Shown one piece after another: positions 38,660 to 52,753 of a stretch of 64,000 bases of DNA; the stretch's first letter is position 1, and every line of letters starts with the position of its first letter. The notes beneath the pieces are model-generated. The model was given only the letters and a program-made list of their open reading frames with translations. It searched no databases and had not been told where the DNA came from. The stretch spans positions 24,107-88,106 of the forward strand of contig CAZHXF010000001.1 of assembly GCA_964536375.1 (NCBI GenBank). The letters run 5' to 3'. Made by a program: the position numbers and the translations under genes. Source of the DNA: an uncultured Desulfuromonas sp. (GTDB taxonomy: Bacteria; Desulfobacterota; Desulfuromonadia; Desulfuromonadales; Desulfuromonadaceae).

Positions 38660-39037
38660 ATGGCTGATATCACAAAAGAGCAAGTAGTTGAGTTTATTGA
38701 GAACATGTCAGTTCTTGAGCTGTCTGTGCTGGTTAAAGAATTAGAAGAAAAATTTGGTGTTTCTGCAGCAGCTCCTGTAGCTGCTGCTGGTCCTGCTGCT
38801 GAGGCTGGTCCTGCCGCTGAAGAGAAAACTGAATTTGATGTAGTACTTTCTTCTATTGGCGACAAGAAAATCAATGTTATCAAGGTTGTTCGTGCGGTAA
38901 CGGGTTTAGGTTTGAAAGAGGCTAAAGAATTAGTTGATGGCGCTCCAAGCACCATCAAAGAAGCAGCTTCTAAGGATGAGGCCGAAGACGTCAAGAAACA
39001 ACTCGAGGAAGCAGGCGCTTCAGTCGAGCTCAAATAG
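38660..39037 (+). CDS. rplL: 50S ribosomal protein L7/L12 (bL12)
   Basis: [21 protein letters not shown], an Ala/Pro hinge, and the C-terminal domain [22 protein letters not shown]. The ATG at 38660 has GGAG 6 nt upstream. The track start at 38648 adds MEIE. Confidence 0.96.
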   Translation: MADITKEQVVEFIENMSVLELSVLVKELEEKFGVSAAAPVAAAGPAAEAGPAAEEKTEFDVVLSSIGDKKINVIKVVRAVTGLGLKEAKELVDGAPSTIKEAASKDEAEDVKKQLEEAGASVELK

Positions 39038-39062
39038 TAATTACCTCGACAATTCTGCTATA

Positions 39063-39108
39063 AGCCAAGGTCGTGTTCACGGCCTTGGCTGTTCTTCGTT
39101 CTTTTCTT
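39063..39108 (+). terminator. rplL-rpoB intergenic attenuator/terminator hairpin
   Basis: AGCCAAGGTC-GTGTTCAC-GGCCTTGGCT forms a 10-bp stem including one G-U pair, followed by the T-rich GTTCTTCGTTCTTTTCTT. It occupies the same position as the partial terminator known upstream of rpoB in E. coli. Confidence 0.65.
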
Positions 39109-39125
39109 AATCTCAAGGAGTAGCC

Positions 39126-42100
39126 ATGGCTTATTCGATTGCGAATAACCCGTTATTACGCAAACATTTTTCTGAAGTACAACGTGTTATCGATATGCCC
39201 AATCTCATCGATATTCAGAAAAATTCATATAAGCGATTCCTTCAAGTCGAGTTGCCAGCTAATGCGCGGCAAGATATTGGTTTAGAGGCAGTATTTCGCT
39301 CTGTCTTTCCCATTAAGGATTTTAGTGAGACTTGTTCGCTTGAATATGTTTCTTATGTGTTGGAAACTCCTAAGTATGATGTAGAGGAGTGCCATCAGCG
39401 CGGTATGACTTTTGCTGCGCCGGTGAAAGTACGGGTTCGTTTGGTGTCTTGGGATGTAGATAAAGATACCAATGTGCAGTCGATTCGTGACATCAAGGAG
39501 CAGGAAGTTTATTTTGGTGAAATTCCCCTGATGACACAAAACGGTACCTTTGTTATCAATGGTACTGAGCGGGTTATTGTCAGCCAGCTGCATCGTTCTC
39601 CCGGTGTTTTTTACGATCATGACAAAGGTAAGACCCATTCCAGTGGCAAGCTATTATACAGTGCGCGCGTTATCCCATATCGTGGTTCATGGTTGGATTT
39701 TGATTTCGACCATAAAGATCTGCTTTATGTGCGTATTGATAGACGCCGTAAACTGCCAGTAACTGTGCTGCTGCAAGCTTTGGGTTACAGTGTCGAGGAG
39801 CTGCTTAAATATTTCTATAAAATAGAAGAGATTCAGATCGGTGCAGAAGGTTGCACTAAGACGGTTAATCTTGACTTGCTTGCCGGACAGAGGTCGTCTC
39901 TTGATGTCGTTGATGAGAGCGGTGAAGTACTGGTAAAAGCAAATCGCAAGTTTACCAAGGCTGCGATCCGTAAAATTGCCGACAGCGGTCTGGAGACAAT
40001 CCGCGTTGATGATTCAGAATTGATGGGCAAAGTTGTAGCTTCTGATATTGTAGATATGGAAACTGGTGAGATTCTGGTTGGCTGTAATCAGGAGATTACT
40101 GAGCCTACGTTGCAATTGTTTCGCGAAAAAGGTATCTGCGCAGTAGAAATTCTATTTATCGACAATGTCTTTGTTGGTCCTTACCTGCGTGATACTTTGG
40201 TGCAAGATTCAGTTAGTACTCCGGAAGAGGGGATGATAGAGATTTATCGTCGTCTGCGCCCTGGTGATCCGCCAACTGTTCGTAGTGCAACGTCTTTATT
40301 TGAAGGTTTGTTTTTTAACCATGAGCGCTATGATCTTTCGGTCGTTGGTCGCCTGAAGCTAAATTATAAGCTAGGTTTGGACATTCCTTTGTCAACCCGC
40401 ACCCTTACTAGGGAAGATATTCTCGAAGTAGTGCGTTATCTGATTGAATTGCGCAATGGTCGCGGCAGCATTGATGATATTGACCATCTGGGCAATCGAC
40501 GTGTGCGTGCTGTTGGTGAGTTGCTGGAGAATCAGTATCGTGTTGGCTTGGTTCGGATGGAGCGTGCTATCAAGGAGCGCATGAGTCTGCAAGAGGTTGA
40601 TAGTCTCATGCCGCACGACCTGATTAATTCCAAGCCGGTGTCTGCTGTTGTTAAAGAGTTTTTTGGTTCTTCACAATTATCTCAGTTTATGGATCAAACC
40701 AATCCATTGTCTGAGATAACTCACAAGCGTCGTCTCTCAGCTCTCGGACCCGGTGGTTTGACACGTGAGCGCGCCGGTTTTGAAGTTCGAGACGTTCATC
40801 CTACCCACTATGGGCGGGTGTGCCCCATCGAAACGCCTGAGGGACCAAATATTGGTCTTATAGCTTCACTGTCAACTTATGCGCGTATCAACGAGCACGG
40901 TTTTGTTGAAACTCCATATCGTTTGGTTAAAGATAGTAAGGTTTCCAGTGAAATCCGTTATTTTTCTGCCCTAGAGGAAGAGGGGCATTCTATAGCTCAG
41001 GCTAATGCGGTTCTTGATGCTGATGGTAGTTTCGTTAATGATGTTATCAATGCTCGCCAACATGGTGAGTTTATGATGCTTCGACGCGAAGACATTCAGC
41101 TGATGGATGTATCGCCTAAACAATTGGTTTCGGTAGCTGCAGCGTTGATTCCGTTTTTGGAAAACGATGATGCTAACCGTGCACTGATGGGTTCTAACAT
41201 GCAACGCCAAGCCGTACCATTATTACGTGCTGACGCACCATTGGTTGGTACCGGCATGGAACGTATTGTGGCCCATGACTCTGGCGCGGCTGTAGTTGCT
41301 CGTCACGATGGTGTTGTTGAGTCGGTTGATGCTGGGCGTATTGTTGTCCGCATTGATGAAGGTCAAGAAGATGAGACCGGCACCGGTGTGGATATTTATA
41401 ATCTTATTAAATTTATCCGTTCCAACCAGAATACCTGTCTCAACCAAAAACCGATTGTCGAGGTAGGGGATTGCATCAAGAGCGGTGAAATTATTGCTGA
41501 TGGTCCATCCACCCAATGGGGTGAATTAGGGCTGGGGCAGAACATATTGGTCGCGTTTATGCCCTGGGAAGGGTACAACTTTGAGGACTCCATCCTCATT
41601 TCTGAAAAGTTGGTTAAGGAAGACCGTTACACCTCTATTCACGTGGAGGAATTTGAATGTGTAGCGCGCGATACTAAGCTAGGTAAGGAAGAAATTACCG
41701 ACGATATTCCTAATCTAGGCGATGATGCATTAAGCGATCTCGACGAAAGTGGTATTATTCGTATTGGTGCAGAAGTTAAGCCTGGAGATATCTTGGTTGG
41801 TAAGATAACTCCTAAAGGTGAGACTCAGCTGTCTCCCGAAGAGAAGCTTTTACGGGCGATTTTTGGTGAAAAAGCTGGTGATGTGCGTGATACCTCACTT
41901 CGGGTTTCCCCCGGAGTAGAAGGTGTTGTTATTGGCGCCCGGGTATTCTCGCGTAAAGGTTCTGATAAAGATTCACGTACCGAAAAAATAGAGCAGCACG
42001 AGATCGATAGATTGATCAAAGATCAGAACGATGAAATCCGTATCATTCGTGAATCGGCACGCAATAAATTGGTTGATCTGCTGTCCGGTTATAAGCTGGC

Positions 42101-43226
42101 TGCATCCGTCTCTGATGACGGAAAGGTTGTGCTGAAAAAAAATAGCGATCTCAATGTGGAAACTTTAGCTTGTGTACCCATGTCGCGTTGGCATGAGTTG
42201 TCGCTAGTTGACGGTGATGCTGTAGAAGATCGTATAGCCGAGTTGTCGAAGCGGCTGAATGAGCGCGAAGAGTTAATTAAACGCTTCTTTGCTGATAAAG
42301 TTGATAAAATTAAGCGCGGTGATGATCTGCCTCCTGGGGTTATCAAGATGGTCAAAATATATATCGCCATCAAACGGAAGTTGTCGGTGGGCGATAAAAT
42401 GGCTGGTCGTCATGGTAATAAGGGAGTTTTGTCGCGGATTTTACCGGAAGAAGATATGCCGTATACCGAGGACGGAACACCTGTAGAAATTGTTCTCAAC
42501 CCTCTCGGTGTTCCTTCACGGATGAACATTGGTCAAATTCTAGAGATCCATCTTGGTCTCGCTGCACGTGGTTTAGGCAATCAGATACAAGCGGTGTTGC
42601 AGCGCCAGCATACTACTAATGAGTTACGTGAAAAAATCAAAGAGGTATATGCTAACGATGAATTGAATCCGTTTTTGAACGAACTGCCAGAACGCGATGT
42701 GACCAAGTTAGCTAATCGTTTGTCACGCGGTGTGCCGATGGCAACTCCGGTGTTCGAAGGTGTGAGTGAAAAAGACATTAAAGAGCAGATTGCCCTCTCT
42801 GGTTTTTCTACTTCAGGGCAGATGACTCTATATAATGGCAAGACAGGGGAGGCGTTTAAGGAACAGGTAACTGTAGGCATAATGTATATGCTGAAGCTCC
42901 ATCACCTTGTTGATGATAAGATCCATGCGCGGAGCATAGGGCCTTACAGCCTTGTTACTCAGCAACCATTGGGCGGTAAAGCTCAGTTTGGTGGTCAGCG
43001 TTTGGGTGAGATGGAAGTTTGGGCTATGGAGGCGTATGGTGCATCCCATGCTTTACAGGAATTTTTAACTGTTAAGTCGGATGATGTAGCTGGGCGCACA
43101 CGGATGTATGAGGCTATTGTCAAGGGTCGGCATACCCTTGAAGCTGGTCTGCCTGAGTCGTTTAATGTTCTGATTAAGGAACTCCAGGCCCTGTGCCTAG
43201 ATGTTGACCTTCAGGAAAACGATTAA
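39126..43226 (+). CDS. rpoB: DNA-directed RNA polymerase subunit beta
   Basis: 1366 aa with conserved blocks ([15 protein letters not shown] rifampicin region, [21 protein letters not shown]). Confidence 0.99.
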   Translation: MAYSIANNPLLRKHFSEVQRVIDMPNLIDIQKNSYKRFLQVELPANARQDIGLEAVFRSVFPIKDFSETCSLEYVSYVLETPKYDVEECHQRGMTFAAPVKVRVRLVSWDVDKDTNVQSIRDIKEQEVYFGEIPLMTQNGTFVINGTERVIVSQLHRSPGVFYDHDKGKTHSSGKLLYSARVIPYRGSWLDFDFDHKDLLYVRIDRRRKLPVTVLLQALGYSVEELLKYFYKIEEIQIGAEGCTKTVNLDLLAGQRSSLDVVDESGEVLVKANRKFTKAAIRKIADSGLETIRVDDSELMGKVVASDIVDMETGEILVGCNQEITEPTLQLFREKGICAVEILFIDNVFVGPYLRDTLVQDSVSTPEEGMIEIYRRLRPGDPPTVRSATSLFEGLFFNHERYDLSVVGRLKLNYKLGLDIPLSTRTLTREDILEVVRYLIELRNGRGSIDDIDHLGNRRVRAVGELLENQYRVGLVRMERAIKERMSLQEVDSLMPHDLINSKPVSAVVKEFFGSSQLSQFMDQTNPLSEITHKRRLSALGPGGLTRERAGFEVRDVHPTHYGRVCPIETPEGPNIGLIASLSTYARINEHGFVETPYRLVKDSKVSSEIRYFSALEEEGHSIAQANAVLDADGSFVNDVINARQHGEFMMLRREDIQLMDVSPKQLVSVAAALIPFLENDDANRALMGSNMQRQAVPLLRADAPLVGTGMERIVAHDSGAAVVARHDGVVESVDAGRIVVRIDEGQEDETGTGVDIYNLIKFIRSNQNTCLNQKPIVEVGDCIKSGEIIADGPSTQWGELGLGQNILVAFMPWEGYNFEDSILISEKLVKEDRYTSIHVEEFECVARDTKLGKEEITDDIPNLGDDALSDLDESGIIRIGAEVKPGDILVGKITPKGETQLSPEEKLLRAIFGEKAGDVRDTSLRVSPGVEGVVIGARVFSRKGSDKDSRTEKIEQHEIDRLIKDQNDEIRIIRESARNKLVDLLSGYKLAASVSDDGKVVLKKNSDLNVETLACVPMSRWHELSLVDGDAVEDRIAELSKRLNEREELIKRFFADKVDKIKRGDDLPPGVIKMVKIYIAIKRKLSVGDKMAGRHGNKGVLSRILPEEDMPYTEDGTPVEIVLNPLGVPSRMNIGQILEIHLGLAARGLGNQIQAVLQRQHTTNELREKIKEVYANDELNPFLNELPERDVTKLANRLSRGVPMATPVFEGVSEKDIKEQIALSGFSTSGQMTLYNGKTGEAFKEQVTVGIMYMLKLHHLVDDKIHARSIGPYSLVTQQPLGGKAQFGGQRLGEMEVWAMEAYGASHALQEFLTVKSDDVAGRTRMYEAIVKGRHTLEAGLPESFNVLIKELQALCLDVDLQEND

Positions 43227-43252
43227 TCTGCCATCCCTCAAGGAGATGTGTT

Positions 43253-46200
43253 TTGGAAGATATTTTCAGCTTGTTTGAACGTCCGAAAGATCCGTTGAGT
43301 TTTGATAAAATTCGCCTATCGCTTTCCTCTCCAGAAACGATTCGCGAGCGCTCTTTCGGGGAAGTAAAAAAGCCAGAAACCATCAATTACCGCACTTTTA
43401 AGCCAGAGCGTGATGGTTTGTTTTGCGCGAAGATCTTTGGTCCTGTCAAAGATTATGAATGTAATTGTGGTAAATATAAACGTATGAAGCATCGCGGGAT
43501 TGTCTGCGAAAAGTGTGGTGTTGAGGTTATCCCAAGTAAAGTGCGGCGTGAGCGTTTGGCGCATATAGATTTGGCCTGTCCAGTAGCACATATTTGGTTT
43601 TTGAAGTCATTGCCTTCACGCATTTCTACTTTGCTGGATATGACTTTGAAAGAGGTGGAGAAGGTTCTTTATTTTGAAGCCTATGTGGTTTTGGATAAGG
43701 GCGATACTCCTTTGGAAAACGGTGCTATTCTGACCGAGGACAACTATCGTGAACTGATGGATGAATATGCTGGACAGTTTACTGCCGGCATGGGTGCTGA
43801 GGCCGTTCGTGAAATGATGTCGGCACTGGATCTTGAATCGATAGCGGAGACGCTGCGTCTTGAGATGCGCGAATCGACCAGTGATGCCAAACGTAAAAAA
43901 GTTGCCAAACGTCTGAAAATCGTTAATGCGTTTTTACGCAGTGGTAACCGCCCTGAGTGGATGATTCTGGAAACAATACCAGTATTGCCTCCTGAGTTGC
44001 GCCCATTGGTTCCATTGGATGGCGGTCGCTTTGCCACTTCTGACTTAAATGACCTATATCGTCGGGTAATTAACCGGAATAACCGCTTGAAGCGGCTTAT
44101 GGAGTTGCGCGCACCTGATGTTATTATCCGCAACGAAAAGCGGATGCTGCAAGAGGCAGTGGATGCGCTGTTTGATAATGGCCGCCGTGGACGGGCAATT
44201 ACCGGACCGAATAAACGACCATTGAAGTCTTTGTCTGATATGCTCAAGGGTAAGGGCGGGCGTTTCCGGCAAAACCTGTTGGGTAAGCGTGTCGATTATT
44301 CGGGACGTTCCGTTATTGTAGTTGGTCCGGAACTGAAACTGCATCAGTGTGGTTTGCCGAAAAAAATGGCGCTAGAATTATTTAAACCATTTATTTACAA
44401 CAAGCTTGAAGAGTTGGGCTTCTGCACAACGATTAAGAGCGCTAAAAAGTTGGTTGAAAAAGAGAAGCCTGAAGTATGGGATGTGCTTGAAGATGTCATA
44501 AAAGAGCATCCGGTAATGCTGAACCGTGCTCCGACCTTGCACCGTTTGGGTATCCAGGCTTTTGAGCCTGTTCTGATAGAAGGTAAGGCTATTCAACTGC
44601 ATCCATTGGTCTGTGCTGCTTTTAATGCCGACTTTGATGGTGACCAAATGGCAGTGCATTTGCCCCTCTCAATTGAAAGTCAGATTGAGGCGCGAGTGTT
44701 GATGATGTCGACAAACAATATTCTGTCCCCGGCAAACGGTAAACCGATTATTGTTCCATCTCAGGACATGATTCTGGGCATTTACTACATGTCACGTATC
44801 CGTCCATTTGCTGAGGGTACTGGAAAAATATTCTCGTCACCGGCTGAGGTAAATGTTGCTTACGACTCTGGTGCTGTAGATTTGCAGGCAGAAATCAAGG
44901 TGCGGATGTCAAGCGTTGACGGCGAAGTACCACATATAATTGAGACTTCGGTTGGTAGGGTTTTGCTCCGTGAAGTAGTTCCTGTAGGTATCCCTTTTGA
45001 TTATATTAATAAGGTAATGACCAAAAAGCAGGTTGCGGAACTTATTGATGCCAGTTTCCGTCTTGTTGGCAACAAAGAGACGGTTATCTTGGCGGATCGT
45101 CTTAAACAGACCGGATACCGCTTCTCAACTATAGCCGGGATCTCTATATGTCTGGATGATATGGTGGTTCCAGAAAGCAAGCCGGTGATCATCGCGGCTG
45201 CGGTCAATGAGGTCACAGAGATTCAAAGTCAGTATACGGAGGGTCTGATCACTGATGGTGAGCGCTACAATAAGGTAGTTGATATCTGGGCAAGATGTAC
45301 CGAGGAAATCGCTTCTACCATGCTTGGTGATCTATCTGTTGATACGTTTGTGTCAGATAGTGGTGAAACAGTCGAAGCTGCATCATTTAATGCCATCCAC
45401 ATGATGGCTGACTCTGGTGCGCGGGGTAGTGCCCAGCAGATCCGGCAGCTGGCTGGTATGCGTGGTCTGATGGCAAAGCCTTCTGGTGAAATCATTGAGA
45501 CGCCAATTACCGCGAACTTTCGTGAAGGTCTGACGGTTTTGCAGTACTTTATTTCGACTCATGGTGCACGTAAAGGTTTGGCTGATACGGCGCTTAAGAC
45601 CGCCAACTCTGGTTATTTGACTCGGCGTCTAGTTGATGTAGCTCAAGATGCTATTATTACTGAGCGTGATTGTGAAACCTTAGACGGGATTATGGTAAAC
45701 TCTTTGACCGAGGGTGGTGAGGTTATCCAGTCGCTAGGGGATCGTATCCTTGGTCGTACAGCGCTTGAAGATGTCTGTGATCCTGTTACTGGCGAGGTTA
45801 TCGTTCCGGCGAATAAAGAGATCACTGAAGCTATTGTGGCTCAAATTGAACGAGCTGGCATAGAGAAACTAAAAATTCGTTCGGTGTTGACCTGTAAGAG
45901 CAAGCACGGTATTTGTGCCACCTGTTATGGTCGTGATCTGGCGCGTGGTCACATGGTGAATCTTGGTGAAGCTGTTGGCGTCATTGCTGCACAGTCTATC
46001 GGTGAGCCTGGTACGCAGCTGACTATGCGTACGTTTCATATCGGTGGTACTGCGTCACGGCGCGCGGAGCAAACTTCTCTCGAAGCGCGTTACGAAGGTA
46101 CGATGAAGTTTATCAATCTGAAAACGGTTATTGATAGAGATAATCATCATGTTGTTATGAGTCGCAATGGTGAGATTGTCATTGTAGATGAGACCGGTCG

Positions 46201-47425
46201 TGAGCGTGAACGGCATACCTTGCTCTATGGTGCCCGTGTAGTAGTGGGTGATGGTGATTTTGTTACAGCAGGGATGCTGTTAGCAGAATGGGACCCATAC
46301 ACCATGCCTATTTTGACTGAAGTTTCCGGTATGGTTAACTTCGGCGATATTACGGTTGGCGTGAGTATGGATGAAAAAGTAGATGATGTTACTGGCTTGT
46401 CGCGTAAAGTAATCATCGAGTCAAAATCATCGGATAAGCGTCCACGGATTACCCTTAAGGATGATGATGGTAAGTCGGTGAAATTGCCTACTGGCTTGGC
46501 GGCGCGTTACATGCTACCGGTTGGCGCTAATATCATCGTTCCTGACAATGAACCGGTTTTGGCTGGTGATGTATTGGCTAAGATTCCACGCGAAACTACT
46601 AAAACGAAAGATATTACCGGTGGTCTGCCTCGGATTGCCGAGCTGTTTGAAGCACGTAAGCCAAAAGAGTTTGCGGTGCTGACAGAAATCGATGGTATCG
46701 TTACTTATGGTAAAGATTCTAAAGGTAAGCGTAAGGTGGTTGTTACTCCGGAATATGGTGAGCCGGCGGAATATCTGATTCCTAAAGGCAAGCACATAGG
46801 GGTGCATGAAGGCGATGAGGTTCAGGCCGGTGAGCCTTTGATGGACGGTCCACGTAATCCACACGATATTTTACGTGTTTTAGGCGAGAAAGAGCTGGCT
46901 AAATATCTAGTTGATGAAGTGCAGGAGGTTTACCGTCTGCAGGGTGTCGCAATCAATGATAAGCATATTGAAACCATTGTGCGCCAGATGTTGCGTCGTG
47001 TGCGTATTTTGGAGGTAGGTGATACCAGCTTCTTGATTGACGATCCAGTATCGCGTTTGGATTTTGAACTGGAAAATGAGCGTGTGCTGGCGAATGATGG
47101 ACAACCTGCTATTGGTGAACCAATCATGCTGGGTATCACTAAGGCGTCGCTGTCAACTGAATCGTTTATCTCGGCAGCATCGTTCCAAGAGACAACCAAG
47201 GTGTTAACTCAGGCGTCAATTGAAGGTAAGGTAGATTATCTGCGTGGCCTGAAAGAAAACGTTATTATGGGACGCTTGATTCCGGCAGGTACAGGTATTT
47301 TAAAATATCGCAGTGCCAAGTTGTTGGTGCCCGAGCCCGTGGAGCCGGCTAAAACGCCGATTTCGGTTATAGATGATGTAGCTGATGATGTGGTTGAAGA
47401 GCTCAGCCCGGTGGTCGAAACCTAG
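43253..47425 (+). CDS. rpoC: DNA-directed RNA polymerase subunit beta'
   Basis: 1390 aa with the zinc finger [20 protein letters not shown] and the catalytic NADFDGD. The TTG start has an AAGGAG RBS 8 nt upstream. Confidence 0.99.
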   Translation: MEDIFSLFERPKDPLSFDKIRLSLSSPETIRERSFGEVKKPETINYRTFKPERDGLFCAKIFGPVKDYECNCGKYKRMKHRGIVCEKCGVEVIPSKVRRERLAHIDLACPVAHIWFLKSLPSRISTLLDMTLKEVEKVLYFEAYVVLDKGDTPLENGAILTEDNYRELMDEYAGQFTAGMGAEAVREMMSALDLESIAETLRLEMRESTSDAKRKKVAKRLKIVNAFLRSGNRPEWMILETIPVLPPELRPLVPLDGGRFATSDLNDLYRRVINRNNRLKRLMELRAPDVIIRNEKRMLQEAVDALFDNGRRGRAITGPNKRPLKSLSDMLKGKGGRFRQNLLGKRVDYSGRSVIVVGPELKLHQCGLPKKMALELFKPFIYNKLEELGFCTTIKSAKKLVEKEKPEVWDVLEDVIKEHPVMLNRAPTLHRLGIQAFEPVLIEGKAIQLHPLVCAAFNADFDGDQMAVHLPLSIESQIEARVLMMSTNNILSPANGKPIIVPSQDMILGIYYMSRIRPFAEGTGKIFSSPAEVNVAYDSGAVDLQAEIKVRMSSVDGEVPHIIETSVGRVLLREVVPVGIPFDYINKVMTKKQVAELIDASFRLVGNKETVILADRLKQTGYRFSTIAGISICLDDMVVPESKPVIIAAAVNEVTEIQSQYTEGLITDGERYNKVVDIWARCTEEIASTMLGDLSVDTFVSDSGETVEAASFNAIHMMADSGARGSAQQIRQLAGMRGLMAKPSGEIIETPITANFREGLTVLQYFISTHGARKGLADTALKTANSGYLTRRLVDVAQDAIITERDCETLDGIMVNSLTEGGEVIQSLGDRILGRTALEDVCDPVTGEVIVPANKEITEAIVAQIERAGIEKLKIRSVLTCKSKHGICATCYGRDLARGHMVNLGEAVGVIAAQSIGEPGTQLTMRTFHIGGTASRRAEQTSLEARYEGTMKFINLKTVIDRDNHHVVMSRNGEIVIVDETGRERERHTLLYGARVVVGDGDFVTAGMLLAEWDPYTMPILTEVSGMVNFGDITVGVSMDEKVDDVTGLSRKVIIESKSSDKRPRITLKDDDGKSVKLPTGLAARYMLPVGANIIVPDNEPVLAGDVLAKIPRETTKTKDITGGLPRIAELFEARKPKEFAVLTEIDGIVTYGKDSKGKRKVVVTPEYGEPAEYLIPKGKHIGVHEGDEVQAGEPLMDGPRNPHDILRVLGEKELAKYLVDEVQEVYRLQGVAINDKHIETIVRQMLRRVRILEVGDTSFLIDDPVSRLDFELENERVLANDGQPAIGEPIMLGITKASLSTESFISAASFQETTKVLTQASIEGKVDYLRGLKENVIMGRLIPAGTGILKYRSAKLLVPEPVEPAKTPISVIDDVADDVVEELSPVVET

Positions 47426-47460
47426 TTATTAAATAAAAATATATATTTCTTACAACTGCC

Positions 47461-47489
47461 TTGACATTTGTTGAGGCAGTTGATATTGT
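47461..47489 (+). promoter_or_regulatory. Candidate sigma70 promoter of the str operon
   Basis: TTGACA, a 17-nt spacer, then TATTGT, about 70 nt upstream of rpsL. It overlaps the inverted repeat AACTGCC/GGCAGTT. Confidence 0.5.
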
Positions 47490-47557
47490 TCGCTGGTTTC
47501 CTTAAGGGGGAACTTTGTTCTTTCAATTCTGTGAATAGTAATTTCGGGAGTAAGTAA

Positions 47558-47929
47558 ATGCCGACAATCAATCAGCTGATCCGTAATGGACGCAATAAAA
47601 AAGTGCGGAAGTCGACCGCGCCTGCGCTTAAAGCAAATCCGCAGCGCCGTGGGGTATGTACTCGTGTATATACTACGACACCAAAAAAGCCTAACTCGGC
47701 TTTGAGGAAAGTCGCTCGTGTGCGTCTGACGAATGGAATCGTTGTTACTTCGTATATACCAGGCGTTGGACACAACCTGCAAGAGCACTCCGTAGTATTG
47801 GTGCGTGGCGGTCGTGTAAAAGACTTGCCTGGTGTCCGTTATCATATCGTGCGTGGCACATTGGATTTGGCTGGCGTTAGTGGTCGAATGCAAGCTCGCT
47901 CTAAGTATGGTGCTAAGCGTCCTAAGTAG
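47558..47929 (+). CDS. rpsL: 30S ribosomal protein S12 (uS12)
   Basis: [12 protein letters not shown] ... [19 protein letters not shown] is the canonical S12 sequence. Confidence 0.98.
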   Translation: MPTINQLIRNGRNKKVRKSTAPALKANPQRRGVCTRVYTTTPKKPNSALRKVARVRLTNGIVVTSYIPGVGHNLQEHSVVLVRGGRVKDLPGVRYHIVRGTLDLAGVSGRMQARSKYGAKRPK

Positions 47930-47941
47930 ATTTATCGTTAA

Positions 47942-48430
<489 letters not shown>

Positions 48431-48461
48431 TTTGAAGCTGTTGTTTGGAGGGTTTTGAGCT

Positions 48462-50537
48462 GTGGCACGTACTGTATCTCTTTCTAATACGCGCAATATT
48501 GGCATAATGGCCCATATTGATGCGGGTAAAACTACTACGACTGAGCGTATCCTGTATTATACGGGTGTCTCTCATAAGATCGGAGAGGTTCATGATGGCG
48601 CTGCCACTATGGATTGGATGGCTCAGGAACAAGAGCGCGGAATTACTATTACATCAGCCGCCACAACCTGTTTCTGGAAAGATCACCGCATAAATATAAT
48701 TGATACCCCTGGTCATGTTGACTTTACTATCGAAGTTGAACGCTCATTGCGTGTACTTGATGGTGCTGTTGCTGTCTTTTGTTCTGTTGGTGGTGTTGAG
48801 CCTCAGTCTGAGACTGTTTGGCGTCAGGCGGACAAGTACGGGGTTCCTCGTCTTGCATTTATCAATAAAATGGATCGTACTGGTGCCGATTTTCAAAACG
48901 GCATCGAGATGATGCGTGACCGTCTTGGGGCTAATCCTGTCGCTCTACAGCTTCCGATCGGTAAGGAAGATTATTTCACTGGCATAGTTGACTTGGTTGC
49001 TATGAAGGCTTATGTCTGGGACGATGAATCTTTGGGTGCAAAGTTTGACGAAGTTGAAATCCCTGCTGACATGGCTGATGATGTTGTTGCAGCTCGCGAA
49101 GCAATGCTTGATGAACTGTCGTCGTATGATGATGAGTTAATGGAGCGTTATCTTGGTGGTGAAGAGATTACCGAGGGTGAGCTTAAGGCAAGTATCCGTC
49201 GTTCTACGATAGGTCTTAATATTAATCCGGTTTTGTGTGGTAGTGCATTTAAGAATAAAGGTGTTCAACATTTACTGGATGCCGTAGTTGATTATATGCC
49301 TTGCCCTATTGATGTTCCTGCTATTGAGGGTCTTGATCCTAAGGGTAATGAGATCACTCGTCCTGCGGATGATGCTGGTCCTTTTGCTGCGCTGGCATTT
49401 AAGATTATGACTGATCCTTTTGTCGGTCAGTTGACGTTCTTCCGGGTCTATTCTGGTATTGCTGAGGCCGGTTCTACCGTGCTTAATTCTACTAAGGGTA
49501 AGAAGGAGCGTTTGGGTCGCATCTTGAAGATGCATGCCAACAAGCGTGAAGAAATAAAGCTGGTATATGCAGGGGATATTGCTGCTGCAGTAGGTCTTAA
49601 GTATAGCACGACTGGTGATACTTTGTGTTCTTTGGACCAAGAGTGCTTGCTGGAGGCTATGGAATTTCCTGAGCCAGTTATCCACATTGCTGTTGAGCCT
49701 AAGACCAAGAGTGACCAGGAAAAAATGGGTGTTGCTCTAGGTAAGTTGCTAGCAGAAGATCCGTCTTTGCGCGTGCGTACTGACGATGAAACCGGTCAGA
49801 CTATTTTGTCTGGAATGGGTGAACTTCACCTTGAGGTAATCATTGATCGCATGAAGCGTGAGTTTAATGTTGAAGCCAATATTGGCGCTCCTCAGGTTGC
49901 CTATCGCGAATCAATTACTCGGACTGTTGAAGTTCAGGGTAAGTTCGTGCGTCAATCGGGTGGTCGAGGTCAGTATGGTGATTGTTGGTTGCGTATTGAG
50001 CCACAAGAGCCGGGTGTTGGTTTTGAATTTGTCGATTCGATCAAAGGTGGAGTTATTCCACGTGAGTATATATCGGCCGTTGGTAAGGGTGCTGAAGAGG
50101 CGTCGCAAAACGGTGTGCTTGCAGGCTTTCCGATAGTTGATGTCAAGGTTACCGTATATGACGGTTCTTATCATGATGTTGACTCTAACGAGATGGCTTT
50201 TAAGATAGCTGGATCTATTGGTTTCAAGGATGGTGCTGCTAAGGCTGGACCGGTACTGCTTGAGCCAATGATGTCGGTTGAGGTAGTTGTTCCTGAGGAG
50301 TATATGGGGGACGTCATTGGAGACTTGAATAGTCGTCGTGGTAAAGTTCATGCTATGGACACACGCGGTGGTGCTCAGGTTATTAGTGCACATGTACCTT
50401 TGTCTAGCATGTTCGGTTACGCAACTGATGTGCGCAGTGCAACTCAAGGTCGTGCAACGTATACCATGGTTTTTGATCATTACGATCAGGTGCCGAAGGC
50501 GATTTCAGAAGAGATTATCGCGAAAGTTAAGGGTTAA
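48462..50537 (+). CDS. fusA: Translation elongation factor G
   Basis: 691 aa with [25 protein letters not shown] and NKMDR. The GTG start has an upstream GGAGGG. Confidence 0.98.
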   Translation: MARTVSLSNTRNIGIMAHIDAGKTTTTERILYYTGVSHKIGEVHDGAATMDWMAQEQERGITITSAATTCFWKDHRINIIDTPGHVDFTIEVERSLRVLDGAVAVFCSVGGVEPQSETVWRQADKYGVPRLAFINKMDRTGADFQNGIEMMRDRLGANPVALQLPIGKEDYFTGIVDLVAMKAYVWDDESLGAKFDEVEIPADMADDVVAAREAMLDELSSYDDELMERYLGGEEITEGELKASIRRSTIGLNINPVLCGSAFKNKGVQHLLDAVVDYMPCPIDVPAIEGLDPKGNEITRPADDAGPFAALAFKIMTDPFVGQLTFFRVYSGIAEAGSTVLNSTKGKKERLGRILKMHANKREEIKLVYAGDIAAAVGLKYSTTGDTLCSLDQECLLEAMEFPEPVIHIAVEPKTKSDQEKMGVALGKLLAEDPSLRVRTDDETGQTILSGMGELHLEVIIDRMKREFNVEANIGAPQVAYRESITRTVEVQGKFVRQSGGRGQYGDCWLRIEPQEPGVGFEFVDSIKGGVIPREYISAVGKGAEEASQNGVLAGFPIVDVKVTVYDGSYHDVDSNEMAFKIAGSIGFKDGAAKAGPVLLEPMMSVEVVVPEEYMGDVIGDLNSRRGKVHAMDTRGGAQVISAHVPLSSMFGYATDVRSATQGRATYTMVFDHYDQVPKAISEEIIAKVKG

Positions 50538-50548
50538 GGAGTAAAGTC

Positions 50549-51739
50549 ATGGCAAAGCAAAAGTTTGAAAGAAACAAGCCACACGTCAATATTGGTACAA
50601 TTGGTCACGTTGACCATGGCAAGACAACATTAACTGCAGCGATAACCAAGGTAATGGCTGGTAAAGGTCTTGCTGAGATGCGTGACTTTGATCAAATTGA
50701 CAACGCTCCTGAAGAGCGCGAGCGCGGCATTACTATCGCCACCTCTCACGTTGAATATGAGACTGAAGCCCGTCACTACGCTCACGTAGACTGCCCGGGT
50801 CACGCTGACTATGTTAAAAACATGATCACCGGTGCTGCGCAGATGGATGGCGCAATTCTGGTAGTATCGGCAGCAGACGGTCCTATGCCACAGACTCGTG
50901 AGCACATCCTGCTCGCCCGTCAGGTTGGCGTTCCTGCTATTGTCGTATTTCTTAATAAAGCCGACATGGTCGACGACGAAGAGCTGATGGAGTTGGTAGA
51001 GCTTGAAGTGCGTGAGCTGCTTTCAGCTTATGACTACCCCGGTGATGATCTGCCGATCGTAGCAGGTTCAGCACTCAAGGCACTTCAGTGCGCTACCGGC
51101 GAGCCTGATGAGGATCCAATCCTTGAGTTGATGAAGCAGGTTGATGAATATATACCAGAGCCAGAACGTGCAGTAAACCTGCCATTCCTGATGCCAGTAG
51201 AAGACGTATTCTCTATCTCAGGACGTGGAACAGTAGCTACAGGGCGTATCGAGCGCGGCATTATCAAAGTAGGTGAAGAAGTTGAGATTGTTGGCATGAA
51301 AGCCACCACCAAGACTACAGTAACCGGCGTGGAGATGTTCCGTAAGCTTCTCGATCAAGGCCAGGCTGGCGACAACGTTGGACTATTGCTGCGCGGTGTT
51401 AAACGTGAAGACATTGAGCGTGGGCAAGTACTGGCCAAGCCAGGCAGCATTACGCCCCACACTCGCTTTAAAGCAGAAGCATATATTCTGACCAAAGAAG
51501 AAGGTGGTCGTCATACGCCATTTTTCAAAGGCTACCGTCCACAATTTTACTTCCGCACAACAGATGTAACCGGAATCGTAGAATTGCCCGAAGGTGTCGA
51601 GATGGTAATGCCAGGCGATAACATCGCCATGGTAGTAGACATGATCACCCCGATCGCCATGGATAAAGAGCTGCGCTTCGCTATTCGCGAAGGTGGTCGT
51701 ACCGTTGGTGCCGGTGTTGTTAGTGAAATTATTGAGTAA
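50549..51739 (+). CDS. tuf: Translation elongation factor Tu, copy 2 (tufA-like position in the str operon)
   Basis: The 396-aa translation is identical to copy 1, and the gene follows fusA. Confidence 0.98.
   Translation: MAKQKFERNKPHVNIGTIGHVDHGKTTLTAAITKVMAGKGLAEMRDFDQIDNAPEERERGITIATSHVEYETEARHYAHVDCPGHADYVKNMITGAAQMDGAILVVSAADGPMPQTREHILLARQVGVPAIVVFLNKADMVDDEELMELVELEVRELLSAYDYPGDDLPIVAGSALKALQCATGEPDEDPILELMKQVDEYIPEPERAVNLPFLMPVEDVFSISGRGTVATGRIERGIIKVGEEVEIVGMKATTKTTVTGVEMFRKLLDQGQAGDNVGLLLRGVKREDIERGQVLAKPGSITPHTRFKAEAYILTKEEGGRHTPFFKGYRPQFYFRTTDVTGIVELPEGVEMVMPGDNIAMVVDMITPIAMDKELRFAIREGGRTVGAGVVSEIIE
50651..51738 (+). repeat. 1,088-nt tract identical to 34567-35654 (second copy of the tuf conversion tract)
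   Basis: See the partner repeat. The identical antisense shadow ORFs in the track (35001-35228 and 51085-51312) corroborate the identity. Confidence 0.85.
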
Positions 51740-51752
51740 TCGAGGTTAGCAA

Positions 51753-52061
51753 ATGTCCAGCCAGAAAATAAGAATTCGCCTTAAGGCGTATGACCATAAG
51801 CTGCTAGATATGGCAGTTAATGAAATTGTCGATACGGTTAAGCGCACTGGGTCGCGCTTAGCGGGTCCAATTCCACTGCCCACGGTAATTAACAAATACT
51901 GTGTGTTGCGGGGACCGCATGTAAATAAGACAAGTCGTGAGCAGTTTGAGATCCGTACGCATAAGCGACTGGTTGATATACTGGATCCTACACAGCAAAC
52001 TGTCGATGCTCTGATGAAATTAGATTTGTCAGCAGGGGTTTTCGTAGAGATTAAGCTGTAG
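51753..52061 (+). CDS. rpsJ: 30S ribosomal protein S10 (uS10)
   Basis: [16 protein letters not shown] ... and first position in the S10 operon. Confidence 0.98.
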   Translation: MSSQKIRIRLKAYDHKLLDMAVNEIVDTVKRTGSRLAGPIPLPTVINKYCVLRGPHVNKTSREQFEIRTHKRLVDILDPTQQTVDALMKLDLSAGVFVEIKL

Positions 52062-52088
52062 GTTTAAATAGCTTTTGATAAGGATAGT

Positions 52089-52721
52089 ATGATGGTAAAC
52101 GGAATTCTGGGAAAAAAACTGGGTATGACCCAGATATTTACCGAGAACGGCATGCGCATCCCGGTAACGGTGGTACAAGCAGGTCCGTGTACGGTTGTCC
52201 AGAAGAAGATTGTTGATACCGACGGTTACAGCGCGGTTCAACTTGGCTTCGGGACGCAAAAAGCGCAGCGCATAAACAAACCAGCGACAGGGCATTTTAA
52301 TAAAGCCGCTTGTGGTGTTTTTGCTCATCTGCGTGAAATGGCTGGTGATGTTGAAGGTCTTGAAGTGGGCGCAGAAATTGTATGCTCTGATATCTTTGTG
52401 GCTGGTGACGTTGTCGATGTAGTTGGAACAAGCAAAGGTAAAGGCTTCCAAGGGGTAATCAAGCGTTGGAATTTCTCTGGCGGTAGATCAACTCACGGTT
52501 CTAAGTTCCACCGTGCTCCTGGTTCCATTGGTTGCAGTGCTTGGCCTTCACATGTAGTTAAGGGCAAGAAAATGGCTGGCCAAATGGGTAATGAACGGGT
52601 GACAGTTCAGAATCTTGAAATTGTTGACGTTCGGGCGGACCAGAACTTGATTCTCATCAAGGGCGCTGTTCCAGGGCCTAAGAATGGTCTGGTCACAATC
52701 CGCAAAGCTATAAAAGCTTAG
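52089..52721 (+). CDS. rplC: 50S ribosomal protein L3 (uL3)
   Basis: [13 protein letters not shown] ... [13 protein letters not shown]. The start is the ATG at 52089 or 52092. Confidence 0.97.
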   Translation: MMVNGILGKKLGMTQIFTENGMRIPVTVVQAGPCTVVQKKIVDTDGYSAVQLGFGTQKAQRINKPATGHFNKAACGVFAHLREMAGDVEGLEVGAEIVCSDIFVAGDVVDVVGTSKGKGFQGVIKRWNFSGGRSTHGSKFHRAPGSIGCSAWPSHVVKGKKMAGQMGNERVTVQNLEIVDVRADQNLILIKGAVPGPKNGLVTIRKAIKA

Positions 52722-52753
52722 TTCGGACCCAGTGGTGATACAGGAGAAGTAAC

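Noticed and set aside
38632-39033. 133-aa Ser/Ala/Thr-rich minus-strand ORF opposite rplL
   Set aside because: It is the mirror image of the Ala/Glu-rich L7/L12 coding sequence. A low-complexity antisense frame staying open is expected here.
43744-44247. 167-aa minus-strand ORF inside rpoC, with similar ones in rpoB and fusA (for example 49911-50480)
   Set aside because: These are long antisense frames within very large, strongly supported genes. None has an RBS or a recognisable domain.
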